From positions 1 through 34,366 of the IMG/VR virus record IMGVR_UViG_3300044698_000197: a DNA stretch of 34,366 nt; one strand, 5' to 3'. Positions 16,469-27,080 of the stretch are shown one piece after another; position 1 is the stretch's first letter, and every line of letters begins with the position of its first letter. Origin of the DNA: a virus (lineage: Duplodnaviria; Caudoviricetes). A model generated the notes under the pieces. The model had not been told where the DNA came from, searched no databases, and saw only the letters and a program-made list of their open reading frames with translations. The translations under genes were made by a program, and so were the position numbers.

Positions 16469-18186
16469 TTACAAGACTCCTCTAACATTTTCAAGCGATC
16501 GCTAAGCTGTTTGATGTGGACTGCCTGTATTTCGACAACCTCCCATAGTTTTTGTATCATTGCTCCGGTCGAAGGAATATTGCCGGTGCTCTCAACATCC
16601 TCGAAGGTCGGCAACATTTTCCTTGATGCGATAAACTCGTTATGCTTGTCAATGTCAAGTATCCAATCTGCCCGTTTCTCAAACTCTTCTGAGTGTACAG
16701 GATTTTTCTTTTTCCAGTCAGCAAGGGTATAATCCGGATTGAAAGCTTTGTCAAGGACATATCCAGTCAACAGTATGTTGTCATCGTAAATAGCAACGGC
16801 GTTTATCGTCCCGGCTCCCTTCCCGCCTCCAGTGGGAGCACCAACCACAAACGACCCGTCAGAGCCGAAATATCCGCGTTCAGTACCTTGTAGCGTTACG
16901 GCGTCAGCTGCGGTATAAAAGCCTATTTTTGTTGCTGCATTTTTTGTGCTGTCGCTTCCACCAATGGCAATAACAGCATTTCCGACAGCGTTATCATATC
17001 GCAACACAGTGGTATTTTCTTCATCGGTATCGTATGCCGGGGCTGAAACAGAGGCAACTTTCTCGGTGTCGTCTGTTCTGGTGGCCGCTCCAACGTCGGC
17101 ACCTATCACAATGCCGTCAGAAGTACCGCTTTGCATATTTACATCTGCGCGAATATCTGCCCCAGCCGTTCCGTATATTTCCTCTTGCACTGTAAACGAT
17201 CCGCTTTGAAAATTTACAGCCCCGGCAATATCTGCACCGGCTTCACCGACAATTTGTCCATTAACGGTTAGAGAGTCGTAAACTTCTGTTTCGTAAAGAT
17301 ATTTTGTTTTTGTGTTAGTCAAAGCAGAAAAAACTGCAGTAGTAATAGGATGGCTTGTTATGTCCTCCCCAAACCATGCGGGGTAAAGCTCGTTTACATT
17401 GAGAACTGGAACAGAACCTACTCCGCAGTTGAAATGTTCTGTTTTGTCGTTTTTGTCAATAACGACATCGATCACAGGGCTAAAATCACCATATCTGAAC
17501 TGAGCAGAAGGAAGTAATTTTATTTTACACGTAAGCGTCGGGTTGGTTTCGATATATATCGAACTGTCAATAATAATTATACAACCGTTCGTGTCGCACC
17601 AATCATCACAAGCCTGCAACTCTGAAACGTCGCCGGTTACCCCGTCGCAAACAGCGCCGAATACCCGAACGTTCATTTCTCTGTTGAAAGGTAACATTGC
17701 CAACCATCTACCGGTAGCAGGGAGACTGTCTGGCTGTATGGTGCCTCCTCCGTCGTCGGTTGCTGTTGAAGTCGCGTCCCAATGGTACCACCATCCACCG
17801 CCATCATTTACGGTATGGTAACCAAGCGTTTGTACAATAGGAAATTCTCCGGCAGCAAGAGCGCGCAAATCGTCTACAGTGTCAACGTTTGTGGTGTTAT
17901 TGAGGGAGTTGATACCCTCAACTGTTGCTATAAGGTTGTCATCGGCATCATAAACGTAAAAATCATACGGCCCGGCCTGTAGGAATATCGGCCCGGCGTC
18001 AGGCATGCCCGAGGCGTCAAGGTCAATGGGGTTGTCGTAAGGAGTGGTACCGGCAGCATCGCTGTAGGTAGCCTTGTCGTTACTGGTTCCGGCGTACCTG
18101 GTTCTGATGTAACCACCGGCAAGCGGATCTCCGTTTCCGTCACAAAACTGCTGATAAAACCACGGTGAAGAAAATACAGTCGGCAT
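16465..18186 (-). CDS. Tail spike/fibre protein with virion-binding N-domain and chaperone-like C-terminal coiled coil
   Basis: QF.DGNGDPLAGG...TYSDAAGT...NPIDLDASG; GY...NDGGG; NVRVFGAVCDGV; C-terminal QKLWEVVEIQAVHIKQL. Confidence 0.78.
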   Translation of the reverse strand: MPTVFSSPWFYQQFCDGNGDPLAGGYIRTRYAGTSNDKATYSDAAGTTPYDNPIDLDASGMPDAGPIFLQAGPYDFYVYDADDNLIATVEGINSLNNTTNVDTVDDLRALAAGEFPIVQTLGYHTVNDGGGWWYHWDATSTATDDGGGTIQPDSLPATGRWLAMLPFNREMNVRVFGAVCDGVTGDVSELQACDDWCDTNGCIIIIDSSIYIETNPTLTCKIKLLPSAQFRYGDFSPVIDVVIDKNDKTEHFNCGVGSVPVLNVNELYPAWFGEDITSHPITTAVFSALTNTKTKYLYETEVYDSLTVNGQIVGEAGADIAGAVNFQSGSFTVQEEIYGTAGADIRADVNMQSGTSDGIVIGADVGAATRTDDTEKVASVSAPAYDTDEENTTVLRYDNAVGNAVIAIGGSDSTKNAATKIGFYTAADAVTLQGTERGYFGSDGSFVVGAPTGGGKGAGTINAVAIYDDNILLTGYVLDKAFNPDYTLADWKKKNPVHSEEFEKRADWILDIDKHNEFIASRKMLPTFEDVESTGNIPSTGAMIQKLWEVVEIQAVHIKQLSDRLKMLEESCK

Positions 18187-18494
18187 TATTGTCTCCTTCT
18201 CAAATACGGCATCTGGTACGGTCCGGATTGTTGATTGTTCTGTTGTAAAGAATTCACGGTACCGGCAATGTTTCCGATTGTTTGAACAGTGTTCATGGCG
18301 TTACCGCGAGGCTGCTGCTGTCCGCCTGCCGGTTGCAGTCCTTGAAGCGTCCCGAGACTACCTTGCTGCTGCGGTTGCTGTCCTCCGGTACCATCACCAT
18401 ACCCCTGCGGTTGCGTTATCGGCTGCTGTCCACCGCCTTGGCTGTTTGCTGATCCGATAGCTGAGATTATCGCTAAAATTGCTGGTAGTGCCAT
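18186..18494 (-). CDS. Q/G-rich small virion protein (putative ejection-associated)
   Basis: GAGG RBS; TAATG overlap with the tail gene. Confidence 0.65.
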   Translation of the reverse strand: MALPAILAIISAIGSANSQGGGQQPITQPQGYGDGTGGQQPQQQGSLGTLQGLQPAGGQQQPRGNAMNTVQTIGNIAGTVNSLQQNNQQSGPYQMPYLRRRQ

Positions 18495-18496
18495 GG

Positions 18497-20398
18497 TTAC
18501 CTCTTCTTATTTTTGTTTTTTGCAGCCGCGCCTATTGTCAACGCTCCACCGGCTCCGGCTGCGGTTCCGGCCATTATCCCTACATTGTGGAACATGGCAA
18601 CGGGTGATCTCGGAACGCTTGCAAGTTTTTCTGCTTCTGCTCTTGTAACAAAATTACCTTTTTTGTCAATAAACCCTACGTTGTTTGTGGGCTTGTTTGT
18701 GTTGTCAAGAAAATGCTGGTATTTAAGCCTTTCTTGAATTGCCGAACTTTCGCCTTTGACAATTGCGTCTTTATGTCAGCGCCATCCACCGGTATATATT
18801 TTCCCTGTTTGCGGATCACGGATCGCCGGGGTTCCGACAAGGTCATCTGATACGCCGCCTATTGCACCGGTTTTATTTTTCAGGATGGATGGCTTTTTGC
18901 TGGTGGCAAGCTCGCTGATAGTAGAGTATTTTTTTTTGCCCTGCAGTATCTTACCCGTCTTAATCAATGCCGAAGCCCCACGAGCATCGCCGACTATTTT
19001 TTTCCCAGCCAACATTGCACCCGGAGCACCTGCCGCCATTGCCGGTAATCCTACGTTATGCGCCAGACTCGGGCCTCCAAAAATCAACGCCAGATCGGTA
19101 ATGCCAAGTACGTTTCTGTTACCTGCAAGTTTTTGAGCTTGTTCCATTGCCTCTTTTACGGTAATTAGATCGTGTACTGCTTTATTTGCGGTAATAACTT
19201 CAGGTATTCTATCCCCAAGCTCTTTGTTAAGTCTTAAATACGACAATTCACCTATTTTTGAAGGAAGAGGATCAATTTCAATGCTTTTTGAACCTTTTTT
19301 AAATAGGTTCATTCCTTCATCAATCGTTCTTTTGATTTCAGGAAGCTTTGAAACCGGTTGAATACCGTCAAGCTTTCTTCTGTTAAGAGCATCGCCGATA
19401 CTTAACGCAATTTCAGCAGCCTTGTCTTCATTCAAAAAAATAGACTTCTCTTTACCTTTTGTAATATCGTCGGCAAGCTCTAATATTGTTTTGTCAACAT
19501 CTACGGTTGCGGTAGGATTTTTCTTAGAAAAACTTGAAATGGCGTCTTCGGCTCTGTTCATTTCCGAGTTGATTCTCTTTTGTGCTTTTTCGGCGATACC
19601 CTTAAACCCGCCGCGCACAGATTCAACATCATACTTTGAAATGTCATCGGTTATTTTTTGGACACCCTTGAGAGGGTTTTTCCCGGCGAGCTTTGCAATT
19701 GAGTCCCTGATTTTTGCATCACGGGCTATAATGCTTTTTCCTGCACCTTCGAGAGCTTTTCCAGTGCCTTTTGTCGCTTTCACCGCCGTACCAGGAGCAC
19801 CGATTGCGCCGCGAACACCGAGAGCTTCAATTCCTGCTTCGGTGGCGGTAATATTGGCCTGTGCCGCTGGAGATTGTTTTTCTTTCCATCCTTTATATTT
19901 CCAGGCAATGTTTCCGATAAAATCACCAACCCCGGTATTTTTTGCTGCACTTGACAACGCCTTACCAGCACGACCACCGGTTGCAGCGTTTGCAAGGTTC
20001 ATTCCGATACCTATCGGTACCCCGGCAGCGTCGGCAACGCTCCCCACGCCACCGAGAACAAGGCGAGATGCGCGTTCAGGAGTCCCGGCAATAGCGTCGG
20101 CCACAGATCCAGGTTTTGCCCCTACAGCGTCCCCGAGAGCGGTAGGAGCGTACACTGCGTCGGATCGTTTTTGAAGGCGGTCGGCAAAATTTGAAAAGGG
20201 CTGTTCGATGTTTTTCTTGAAGAATCCCGATTCTTGCTGTTGAAGGGTTTCACGTGAAACCTGTTCTGGTTGTTGCTCCTGCTCGAATACCTGGTCGTCA
20301 AACCCGCCCGAAGCCTCGATGGAATCGTAAACTTTACGAATTTCTTCTTTTGGCTTCCCGGCTGCAATTGCTTGCTTGATAAAATCTTCACGTTTCAT
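18497..20398 (-). CDS. Ejection/DNA-transfer protein interrupted by an in-frame TGA at 18776-18778
   Basis: The 540-aa ORF continues in frame for 92 more codons to TAA 18497-18499, two bases before the next ATG. A/G/K-rich; third gene of the ejection cluster. Confidence 0.75.
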
Positions 20399-21969
20399 TC
20401 TTTACCGCCGTGAGTTTTCCATAGGTTGTCGAATTCGTCCCCGCCTCCGCCGTCCGAACCGCCACCGATAAACGCATTATAAGCATTGGTTCCCATCGTG
20501 TTTTCATAAAACTGTTTCACATCACCGGAAAAAGTTTCTTTAATTGCATCTATCAACGAAGTGTTCAAGGCTCCGGTTTTGTCGGTCGAAGGAAAAATTG
20601 CCTTGTATTCTGCTGATTCCGGAACGCTAAACGCCGCGCCCGACATTGACCGACGATATTTCATTATCGCCGTGTGTATTTTTTCTGCGATTTTTCGCAT
20701 TTCAGGATCTTTTACATATCCAAGTTTCTTTCTTACATTTTCGGCTTTACCTGAAAATATATTTGTACTACCTCCGTTGGCCTCGAAATTAGTTAAATCT
20801 TCCTCAATCTCGTTTATAAAGTCAAGTGCCCGTTCAGTACCCATTACCTGCTGCTGCATTTCTGCAGGAGCTGATTTTCTCGCCGATGCTCTCAGGTAGT
20901 CGGACGCTGCCTTTTTGTCTCCTTTGGCAAGTATATCGTCAAAATATTCAAATGCTGAATCGACTGCCTTTCCTGATTTTCCGGCGTAAATCTGCTGCAT
21001 ACCTTCACGGGCAGGCCCGGAAAATTCAGAAGATTGCTGCGAAAACCTTGTTTCATCCGCGATCTGATCGAGCGTGTACCCCTGTTTTAATCTCGATATT
21101 ATTGACGGGTATATTTTGGCTGCGGAACGTTGGCCACCACCGAGCTTAACGGCCATCGACCACGCCGCAATCTGTGTGCCTTCGTCAACTCCTGCCGTGT
21201 CCGTTCCACCGGCACCACCACCTGCACCACTCCTGTTCTTCTGGTTAATTTCCGCACTCTTCAACCGGTCAAACCAACCGAGTTCTTTTTCAGATTTCGC
21301 AATACCGAGTTCCTTTTCCTTCATTGTCAATGAGTTTATCTTTTCATCGTTCTGCATTTTTTGCTTAACCAGATAATCGTAGAATTTCCCCGGATTCTGG
21401 TTGAACTGTTCTTCGGTCGGAACGTTCGCCTCTACACCGAGGGCTTTGATCTTGTGGACAGCATCGGCATAACTCTGTTTCCCTTCCGCGACGAGAGCAA
21501 ACTGATTGCCGACAATGCCTTGCTGGTACTCAAGATCCTTGAGAAAATCACGGTTGAACGTTAACTGTGAAGAATACGAGTCAATCTGTTTTTTCTCATT
21601 GTCAAGTATATTTGAATCGAGGTCGATACCCTGTTCAATTCGTCCATACATGGCATCTTCAATTGTTTTTGACAATCCGAGAGTTTTCCCGAACAGTTTC
21701 GGCTTTGTCTTCTGAACTTCAAGCTCAATAGCCTGTTTCCTTCTCTGGAATTCAGCAGGGTCGCGGCCGTCCCATCCGGCAAAGTTTCGGGAGTACGTGT
21801 CGTTGATAAAAGCGTCGTCTTCGGTAAGCTGCTCTTCTCGTTTTTGCGCCCTGGAATTCTGAACCATGCCCTGAATGCCTTGGACGGCTCCAAGTACTTC
21901 CCCGAGGCTTGTTTCGTTTTTACGGAATCCGTTATACACGTCTGTACTGAATGGTGTTCTGATTGGCAT
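20395..21969 (-). CDS. Putative ejection/DNA-transfer protein
   Basis: Helical, Q/K-rich; P22 gp20-like position. Confidence 0.65.
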   Translation of the reverse strand: MPIRTPFSTDVYNGFRKNETSLGEVLGAVQGIQGMVQNSRAQKREEQLTEDDAFINDTYSRNFAGWDGRDPAEFQRRKQAIELEVQKTKPKLFGKTLGLSKTIEDAMYGRIEQGIDLDSNILDNEKKQIDSYSSQLTFNRDFLKDLEYQQGIVGNQFALVAEGKQSYADAVHKIKALGVEANVPTEEQFNQNPGKFYDYLVKQKMQNDEKINSLTMKEKELGIAKSEKELGWFDRLKSAEINQKNRSGAGGGAGGTDTAGVDEGTQIAAWSMAVKLGGGQRSAAKIYPSIISRLKQGYTLDQIADETRFSQQSSEFSGPAREGMQQIYAGKSGKAVDSAFEYFDDILAKGDKKAASDYLRASARKSAPAEMQQQVMGTERALDFINEIEEDLTNFEANGGSTNIFSGKAENVRKKLGYVKDPEMRKIAEKIHTAIMKYRRSMSGAAFSVPESAEYKAIFPSTDKTGALNTSLIDAIKETFSGDVKQFYENTMGTNAYNAFIGGGSDGGGGDEFDNLWKTHGGKE

Positions 21970-21977
21970 ATTACCAC

Positions 21978-23180
21978 CTATTTCCCGAGAAGAGAATTAA
22001 GAAATCCGTCGTTTCCAGATTTTGCCGCCTGAGCCGCAGCAAAGGCGTTTGCCGTACCGATGCTTATATCTGCCTGAGACCCCCAATAATCACCAGCTGC
22101 GGTTCCAAGGTTTTGCCTGCCGACAACTCCCATGTTTGCAAGATCGCCGATCATTCCGTAATTCTGCAAACCGCTTGCCTGATCTCTTGAATACTGATCT
22201 GTCAACAGCCCATATCTTAAAGCGTCTTGGTTCTGATTGAGCTGATTGTTGTACTGCAAAGCTCCAATGTCAAAGTTTCGATTTTCATTGAACTGGCCGA
22301 CGTTTGTCTGATATTCACCAAGCCCCATACTTCGATTGTTTGAATACTGCCCGTAATTCTGCCCTTGCACTGCAAGAGCGTTTCCGAGATTCTCTGTTGA
22401 CGCCGCCTGCCCAAAATTTCGATTTGTATTAAACTGGTTCAAGGACCGATCAGCTTCACCGGTGCGAATTCCTGACATATCCAAAGATCGGTTATAGGTG
22501 TCGCTGTTCTGGTAATTCATTGCGCTCTGGAGGCGGTTCTGTTGATCTGCGTATCGTCCGTAAGCAGTAGCGCCTTCTTCCCCGGCTATGGTGCTGGCGT
22601 TCTGCTGGAGAGCTTTGAGGTTGGACCCTGACAACTGCATACCCTGAGCAGCGGCAGATGCTTCTGTGGCACGGTTTGCAGCCTCGATACGATTCTGATA
22701 AACTGGATCGTTTTGAACGTTGAATTGCTGCTGGTTAGGATCATAGTAATTCCCACCGGCAATGTCTGGTGTTATGTAAATATCCGGCTGCTGCTGTGTT
22801 TGTTGATACGGTGAAAATTGGTTCTGAGAATACCCGACCTGTCCGGGCGCCTGTTGTCCCTGGTATTGATACGGCACTGGAGCCTGCTGCCCTTGGTAGC
22901 TCTCAGGAGTGCTTAACTGATAGCCTTGGAAAATACTGTTGTCGGGCAAGAAACGTCCGTCATTAACACCAGTTTGGAGGTGTTGAAGTTGTTGGTCACC
23001 GACTTTGATTAGAGGCTGATTTATTTCTTTTTGATAATCGAATTGTTCCTGCATTCCGGCAGATGCGCTTTGCCCTGCACTCTTTTGCTCTTCATACGCC
23101 TTGTCAATATCATCATCATTATACATGCCGGCAGATGGAGGAAACAAAAATTTCCCTATACTTGTTAAAAAATTAGCCAT
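21978..23180 (-). CDS. DNA-transfer (pilot, gp7-like) protein
   Basis: DPVYQ.R...A.EASAAAQG..LSGSNLKALQ motif; Q/N/G-rich. Confidence 0.75.
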   Translation of the reverse strand: MANFLTSIGKFLFPPSAGMYNDDDIDKAYEEQKSAGQSASAGMQEQFDYQKEINQPLIKVGDQQLQHLQTGVNDGRFLPDNSIFQGYQLSTPESYQGQQAPVPYQYQGQQAPGQVGYSQNQFSPYQQTQQQPDIYITPDIAGGNYYDPNQQQFNVQNDPVYQNRIEAANRATEASAAAQGMQLSGSNLKALQQNASTIAGEEGATAYGRYADQQNRLQSAMNYQNSDTYNRSLDMSGIRTGEADRSLNQFNTNRNFGQAASTENLGNALAVQGQNYGQYSNNRSMGLGEYQTNVGQFNENRNFDIGALQYNNQLNQNQDALRYGLLTDQYSRDQASGLQNYGMIGDLANMGVVGRQNLGTAAGDYWGSQADISIGTANAFAAAQAAKSGNDGFLNSLLGK

Positions 23181-23190
23181 AACCTTCTCC

Positions 23191-23601
23191 TTAAATTCCA
23201 GCTACCTTGTAAAACCCTTTAATAATAGCCGTTTCGTCATCAACAAAATATTCTTTTACATTTAACACACCGGTGCTTAAATCTACTTTTGCAGTACCAA
23301 GCGTACTATTGTCAGTTAAGCTATGAATTACTGCGACACCATACCCGACCGGATCAAGCGGTAAACTGATCGTTGCATCTTCAAGGTGCTGTGTTCCCTC
23401 AAGTATAATCGTGAAATTACACTCAATGCCGAATCTTTGAAACCATGCCGTAACGGTAGGGGTCCCGGTCATACCGGTAATTACCGGTATCCAGTCTCCA
23501 TTATCGTAGTTTTTTGCCGATAAGTGGTTCATAATGTCAATAAACCATCCTTGAAGCTCAAAGATGGATTTCGCCATGAAGTTTGCAGGTGATAAAGACA
23601 T
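23191..23601 (-). CDS. Hypothetical tail/virion protein
   Basis: TAATG-coupled to the gp10-like gene. Confidence 0.65.
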   Translation of the reverse strand: MSLSPANFMAKSIFELQGWFIDIMNHLSAKNYDNGDWIPVITGMTGTPTVTAWFQRFGIECNFTIILEGTQHLEDATISLPLDPVGYGVAVIHSLTDNSTLGTAKVDLSTGVLNVKEYFVDDETAIIKGFYKVAGI

Positions 23602-25019
23602 TATACAGCCTCTAAAAAAGCATTAGTGAACACCCATTTTACCGGGTCGCTCACGGTAATTTTATATACCCGGTCACGAGAGCTTCCGAGACGGCGCAAT
23701 ATTGCCCGTTGTGTGTATTCTCCTATTGCGCCAGGGGTCATTGACCGTACCAGTTTTGACCAGGTGTGGCCACCATCATCGGAGTGAGACAATAAAATTA
23801 CCGGAGCATCTTCACCTTCAAGCCCGACCCCTTTTTCTAAGTCAATTTCAAAATATGGATGTCGAAGCAGGTTATTATTATATGCAATGTGGCCGGTAAC
23901 TATTTCACGAACAATTGAACTTCCGTCATCAGTGTAAAAGTCAAGAGACATTTCATACAGGTTTCCGTTCAGATATGAACCGACAAGGTGTTTACCATTA
24001 AAAAACGCATACCCTTGAGAAAAATGCCTCTGATTCATACCAGAGCTTGAATTATAAGAAGCTCTGATATGCCACTCACCGGTATTAATGTCATAAGCAA
24101 ACGTCTTTTCACTACCGAAACTTACGATATAAAAACTATGACCCTCATCAGAATAGGTATAAGCGGTCGCATTGTTTATGTTGGCAATCTGCTTTATCTG
24201 AAACTCTATTGCGTGCGAACTGATTCTCTGTACATCATAACCAACACCCATAAACACCGAACCGTATCCGTTTTGTCCGTTGCCGATCCAGAACACACTA
24301 CTACCGTTTGTCGCAACTGAATACGGAGCAGTGCAACCTATTTCTTTCACTGTCCCGGCAATCCTTCGCCAAGGAAGGTTTGCGGTACCCACATTGTTCC
24401 AGAGTTCAAGGGATCTTTTGCCGATCATCCAGATGGTTCCATTGCTCGTTTTAGAAATAGCCTGCAAAGTATCTGCCGAATATTCAGCAGTGGCAAAATC
24501 AAGCCCGCTCCAGCTTGTGCCGTCGTAAGAAGCTGAGAAGTAGAATTGCCCGCTTGCCGATGCATTTACAACAAAATAACCATCTGTAAATATACAATGG
24601 GTCGTTCCTGAAGGAAAATCTGTGTCCGCTATAACAGCAAACACGCCTGTATTCATGTTATAAATATAGCCACTTGAACCGTCAACAATAAGTATCTGCG
24701 TACCGTTGTCGCACATTTGACAAACAGTATAAGACGAATTAAGCGTTCCTATTGTAGTAATGGTATAATTTAAGCCTATTTCAACAAGCTGGTTGGATAT
24801 TACCGCAAAGAGTCTTTCTGTACTGGTTGCATAAAGCGCCCGGCAGTGTCCGCTTGAATACATTTCAACAGCGAGATCATAGCCAGGTGTTCCGATGAGA
24901 GCCTTGATATATTTTGATTTTTCGCCGACTTCAATTTCAGGGTAAAAGTTTACAAGCTCAACAGGAGAGATAATTTTAGCCCGGCCGTTGTTTGTTCCGT
25001 GTACGATATCGAAAATCAT
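23601..25019 (-). CDS. P22 gp10-like packaged-DNA stabilisation / tail hub protein
   Basis: DNGTQI..VDG, DGYFV, DFATAE..AD, SDDGGHTW, LG..RDRV....SDPV. Confidence 0.88.
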   Translation of the reverse strand: MIFDIVHGTNNGRAKIISPVELVNFYPEIEVGEKSKYIKALIGTPGYDLAVEMYSSGHCRALYATSTERLFAVISNQLVEIGLNYTITTIGTLNSSYTVCQMCDNGTQILIVDGSSGYIYNMNTGVFAVIADTDFPSGTTHCIFTDGYFVVNASASGQFYFSASYDGTSWSGLDFATAEYSADTLQAISKTSNGTIWMIGKRSLELWNNVGTANLPWRRIAGTVKEIGCTAPYSVATNGSSVFWIGNGQNGYGSVFMGVGYDVQRISSHAIEFQIKQIANINNATAYTYSDEGHSFYIVSFGSEKTFAYDINTGEWHIRASYNSSSGMNQRHFSQGYAFFNGKHLVGSYLNGNLYEMSLDFYTDDGSSIVREIVTGHIAYNNNLLRHPYFEIDLEKGVGLEGEDAPVILLSHSDDGGHTWSKLVRSMTPGAIGEYTQRAILRRLGSSRDRVYKITVSDPVKWVFTNAFLEAV

Positions 25020-25033
25020 ATTTCGAGTCCTGT

Positions 25034-25726
25034 TCAGTACCCTGTATTAATATTAAATATACTACCATTTCGACCGGAAAAAATGAATTTAATTGGCATA
25101 GGACGCTTTTTATTGCTTGATCGTATCAAGTCAAGAGTTTCCATGGCCTTGGCTATTACAATTTGATTTATCTGCACGTCTGGAAACTCAGGAGACATTG
25201 AAATCGCAAGATTGTAGATAAGTGCCGATATGTAGCCCTTTGGCAATTCAACATCGACAGTAAGGTTTGTGCAAGGAGTAAACATTCTGCTGTTAAGAAT
25301 GGTTACCGTTCCAGCCTCTGACGGGACCGGGTACAGTTTTACCGTTCCAGTAAGGTGTGAAGGTGTATATGTCAAGTACTCAGGAATACTCGATGTGTCT
25401 TTAACATCGATATCCATGTACTCTCTTTCGGGGATAATTGTAAGCGGGTAATCAACTCCCTCAATGGTTGTAAATGCCGCTTCAATTGATAGTGGCTTGT
25501 TTCCATCCCATGTTTCTCCGTCCCCGACCGAATATGAAGCAGTTCCGGCAACCGAGTCAAATGTCTGCTGTTCGGTGAGCGCAAGGTCAGTGTCGTTTTC
25601 CCATTCATCAAGCAGCATATTAAGAGCGGTTTTTCCGTCGGTCTTCATCTGAGCCGACAACGTTTCACCTTCACCGGCAATCCCGAGCTTACGATATGCA
25701 GCGGTAATCAGTTCGAGGTAAGTCAT
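25034..25726 (-). CDS. Head-to-tail adaptor (P22 gp4-like)
   Basis: LITAAYRKLG...LNMLLDEW, LYPVP, ALIYNLA. Confidence 0.8.
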   Translation of the reverse strand: MTYLELITAAYRKLGIAGEGETLSAQMKTDGKTALNMLLDEWENDTDLALTEQQTFDSVAGTASYSVGDGETWDGNKPLSIEAAFTTIEGVDYPLTIIPEREYMDIDVKDTSSIPEYLTYTPSHLTGTVKLYPVPSEAGTVTILNSRMFTPCTNLTVDVELPKGYISALIYNLAISMSPEFPDVQINQIVIAKAMETLDLIRSSNKKRPMPIKFIFSGRNGSIFNINTGY

Positions 25727-26514
25727 TTTTTAGTTCCGTTCTCTTTGAGATAATCGGAAAAACGCCCACGCTTCGGCAGAGTACCGAAGTGAATAAATTC
25801 AATTGTGGGATCACAATACACTTTTATACCGCAGGCGTTACACAGCTTGCAAAACCAAACATCTTCACCGTAATACCTGTTGTCAAGCCCTGTGAATGGG
25901 TGATTGATGTCAACAGTTACCGAAGCATCGTGAGCCATTCCCCGGTACTTTCTCACCTCGTTAACTAGTCGGAGAATTGTGTCCTCATACATTGCCGTTT
26001 GCCCGGTTGCGAAGAACTGATACACGCCTTTATCATCAACCAGGTGCGGGTATTTATCCGCGAGCGTTTCAATGGTTTTTCGGGTAATCCGCATAAACCC
26101 GGTAGGGATATGTTGACTCTCAATAAGCTTGAGCTTGAAGTCGGTTACCGGATAGTTGTTCTTGTCAAGCTTTATATCTATAGGAAATCCGTGGTCATCT
26201 ATTTCCCGGTAAGGGTACGCACCGCCGATAACGTCAACAGGCTGCTCAAGAATCTTTATCATTGCATCATATTCAAAGGCAATGTCGGCATCAATGAAAA
26301 GCAGATCGGTAAACGACCCGTCCATAAATTGCTTTACGATCTTATTTCGGTTGAGATCGAGGTACGCGCCCTTGATCTGAGCCGTAAACGAAACATCATA
26401 CCCTTTGAGCTGTAAAGAATTGATGTTGTTAAACAGTGACACCATTGTGTTGACGCACACTTTACTGTCGTAAGCCGGTATTCCTATCAAAATACTGCGA
26501 TTGTTTTTTTTCAT
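25723..26514 (-). CDS. GT-A fold glycosyltransferase
   Basis: IGIPAY, RNKIV, LLFIDADI (DxD), TGFMRI, GEDVWFC, H.G. Confidence 0.85.
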   Translation of the reverse strand: MKKNNRSILIGIPAYDSKVCVNTMVSLFNNINSLQLKGYDVSFTAQIKGAYLDLNRNKIVKQFMDGSFTDLLFIDADIAFEYDAMIKILEQPVDVIGGAYPYREIDDHGFPIDIKLDKNNYPVTDFKLKLIESQHIPTGFMRITRKTIETLADKYPHLVDDKGVYQFFATGQTAMYEDTILRLVNEVRKYRGMAHDASVTVDINHPFTGLDNRYYGEDVWFCKLCNACGIKVYCDPTIEFIHFGTLPKRGRFSDYLKENGTKK

Positions 26515-27011
26515 TTTAGCGCCCTAAGAATGAAGTAAAAGTTTCCGTTGTCAACTTTACCGTGAATCAATTCAAAGTCGCCTTTGTAGCACCACCGGTA
26601 ATCCGTCATTGATGTTTTTCCTACCTCTTCGTATGATTTCTGAGATAGAAAATGAAGAGTTCCGAAGTTTATAACTCTGGTATGTCCAGGGTCGCCGAAA
26701 GTCCAGATAGTATCAAAGTGAGGAACAATAGCGCAGAAAAAACCATCAGGTTTCAGCATTCGCCAGAAGTCTTCAAACTGAGCAAAGAAAAAACGGAAAT
26801 CTCCTTGAATACCGATATGCTCAAGGACATTATACATATGTATTTCGTCAACACTGTTATCGGCAAACGGAAGAGGAATGTTATTAAGGTTCCACTGAAG
26901 ATCAGATTTTACGTTAAGGTCAATATCGACAGTGATAAGGCCATTCCACTCTTTACGAATAGGACTTATCATTCTTGTGAGATTGTTACCACATCCAAGT
27001 AGCAGGTCCAT
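26511..27011 (-). CDS. Class I SAM-dependent methyltransferase
   Basis: LLLGCG, VDID, LPFADNSVDEI, VLEH, WRMLKPDG, DPGH. Confidence 0.9.
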   Translation of the reverse strand: MDLLLGCGNNLTRMISPIRKEWNGLITVDIDLNVKSDLQWNLNNIPLPFADNSVDEIHMYNVLEHIGIQGDFRFFFAQFEDFWRMLKPDGFFCAIVPHFDTIWTFGDPGHTRVINFGTLHFLSQKSYEEVGKTSMTDYRWCYKGDFELIHGKVDNGNFYFILRALK

Positions 27012-27020
27012 GATTTTTAT

Positions 27021-27070
27021 CCTTCCGGGATATACTCAACCGGTAGGGGCCGAAGCCCCATCCCGGAAGA
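27021..27070 (-). promoter_or_regulatory. UUCG hairpin inside a stem that covers the methyltransferase RBS
   Basis: GGGGC-UUCG-GCCCC flanked by CUUCCGGGAU/AUCCCGGAAG. Confidence 0.55.
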
Positions 27071-27080
27071 GACAATTTGA

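Noticed and set aside
13028-18186. Diversity-generating retroelement acting on tail genes
   Set aside because: No reverse transcriptase and no template/variable repeat pair differing at adenines seen.
19422-20174. 250-aa plus-strand ORF and similar antisense ORFs across the structural arm
   Set aside because: Shadows of well-supported minus-strand genes.
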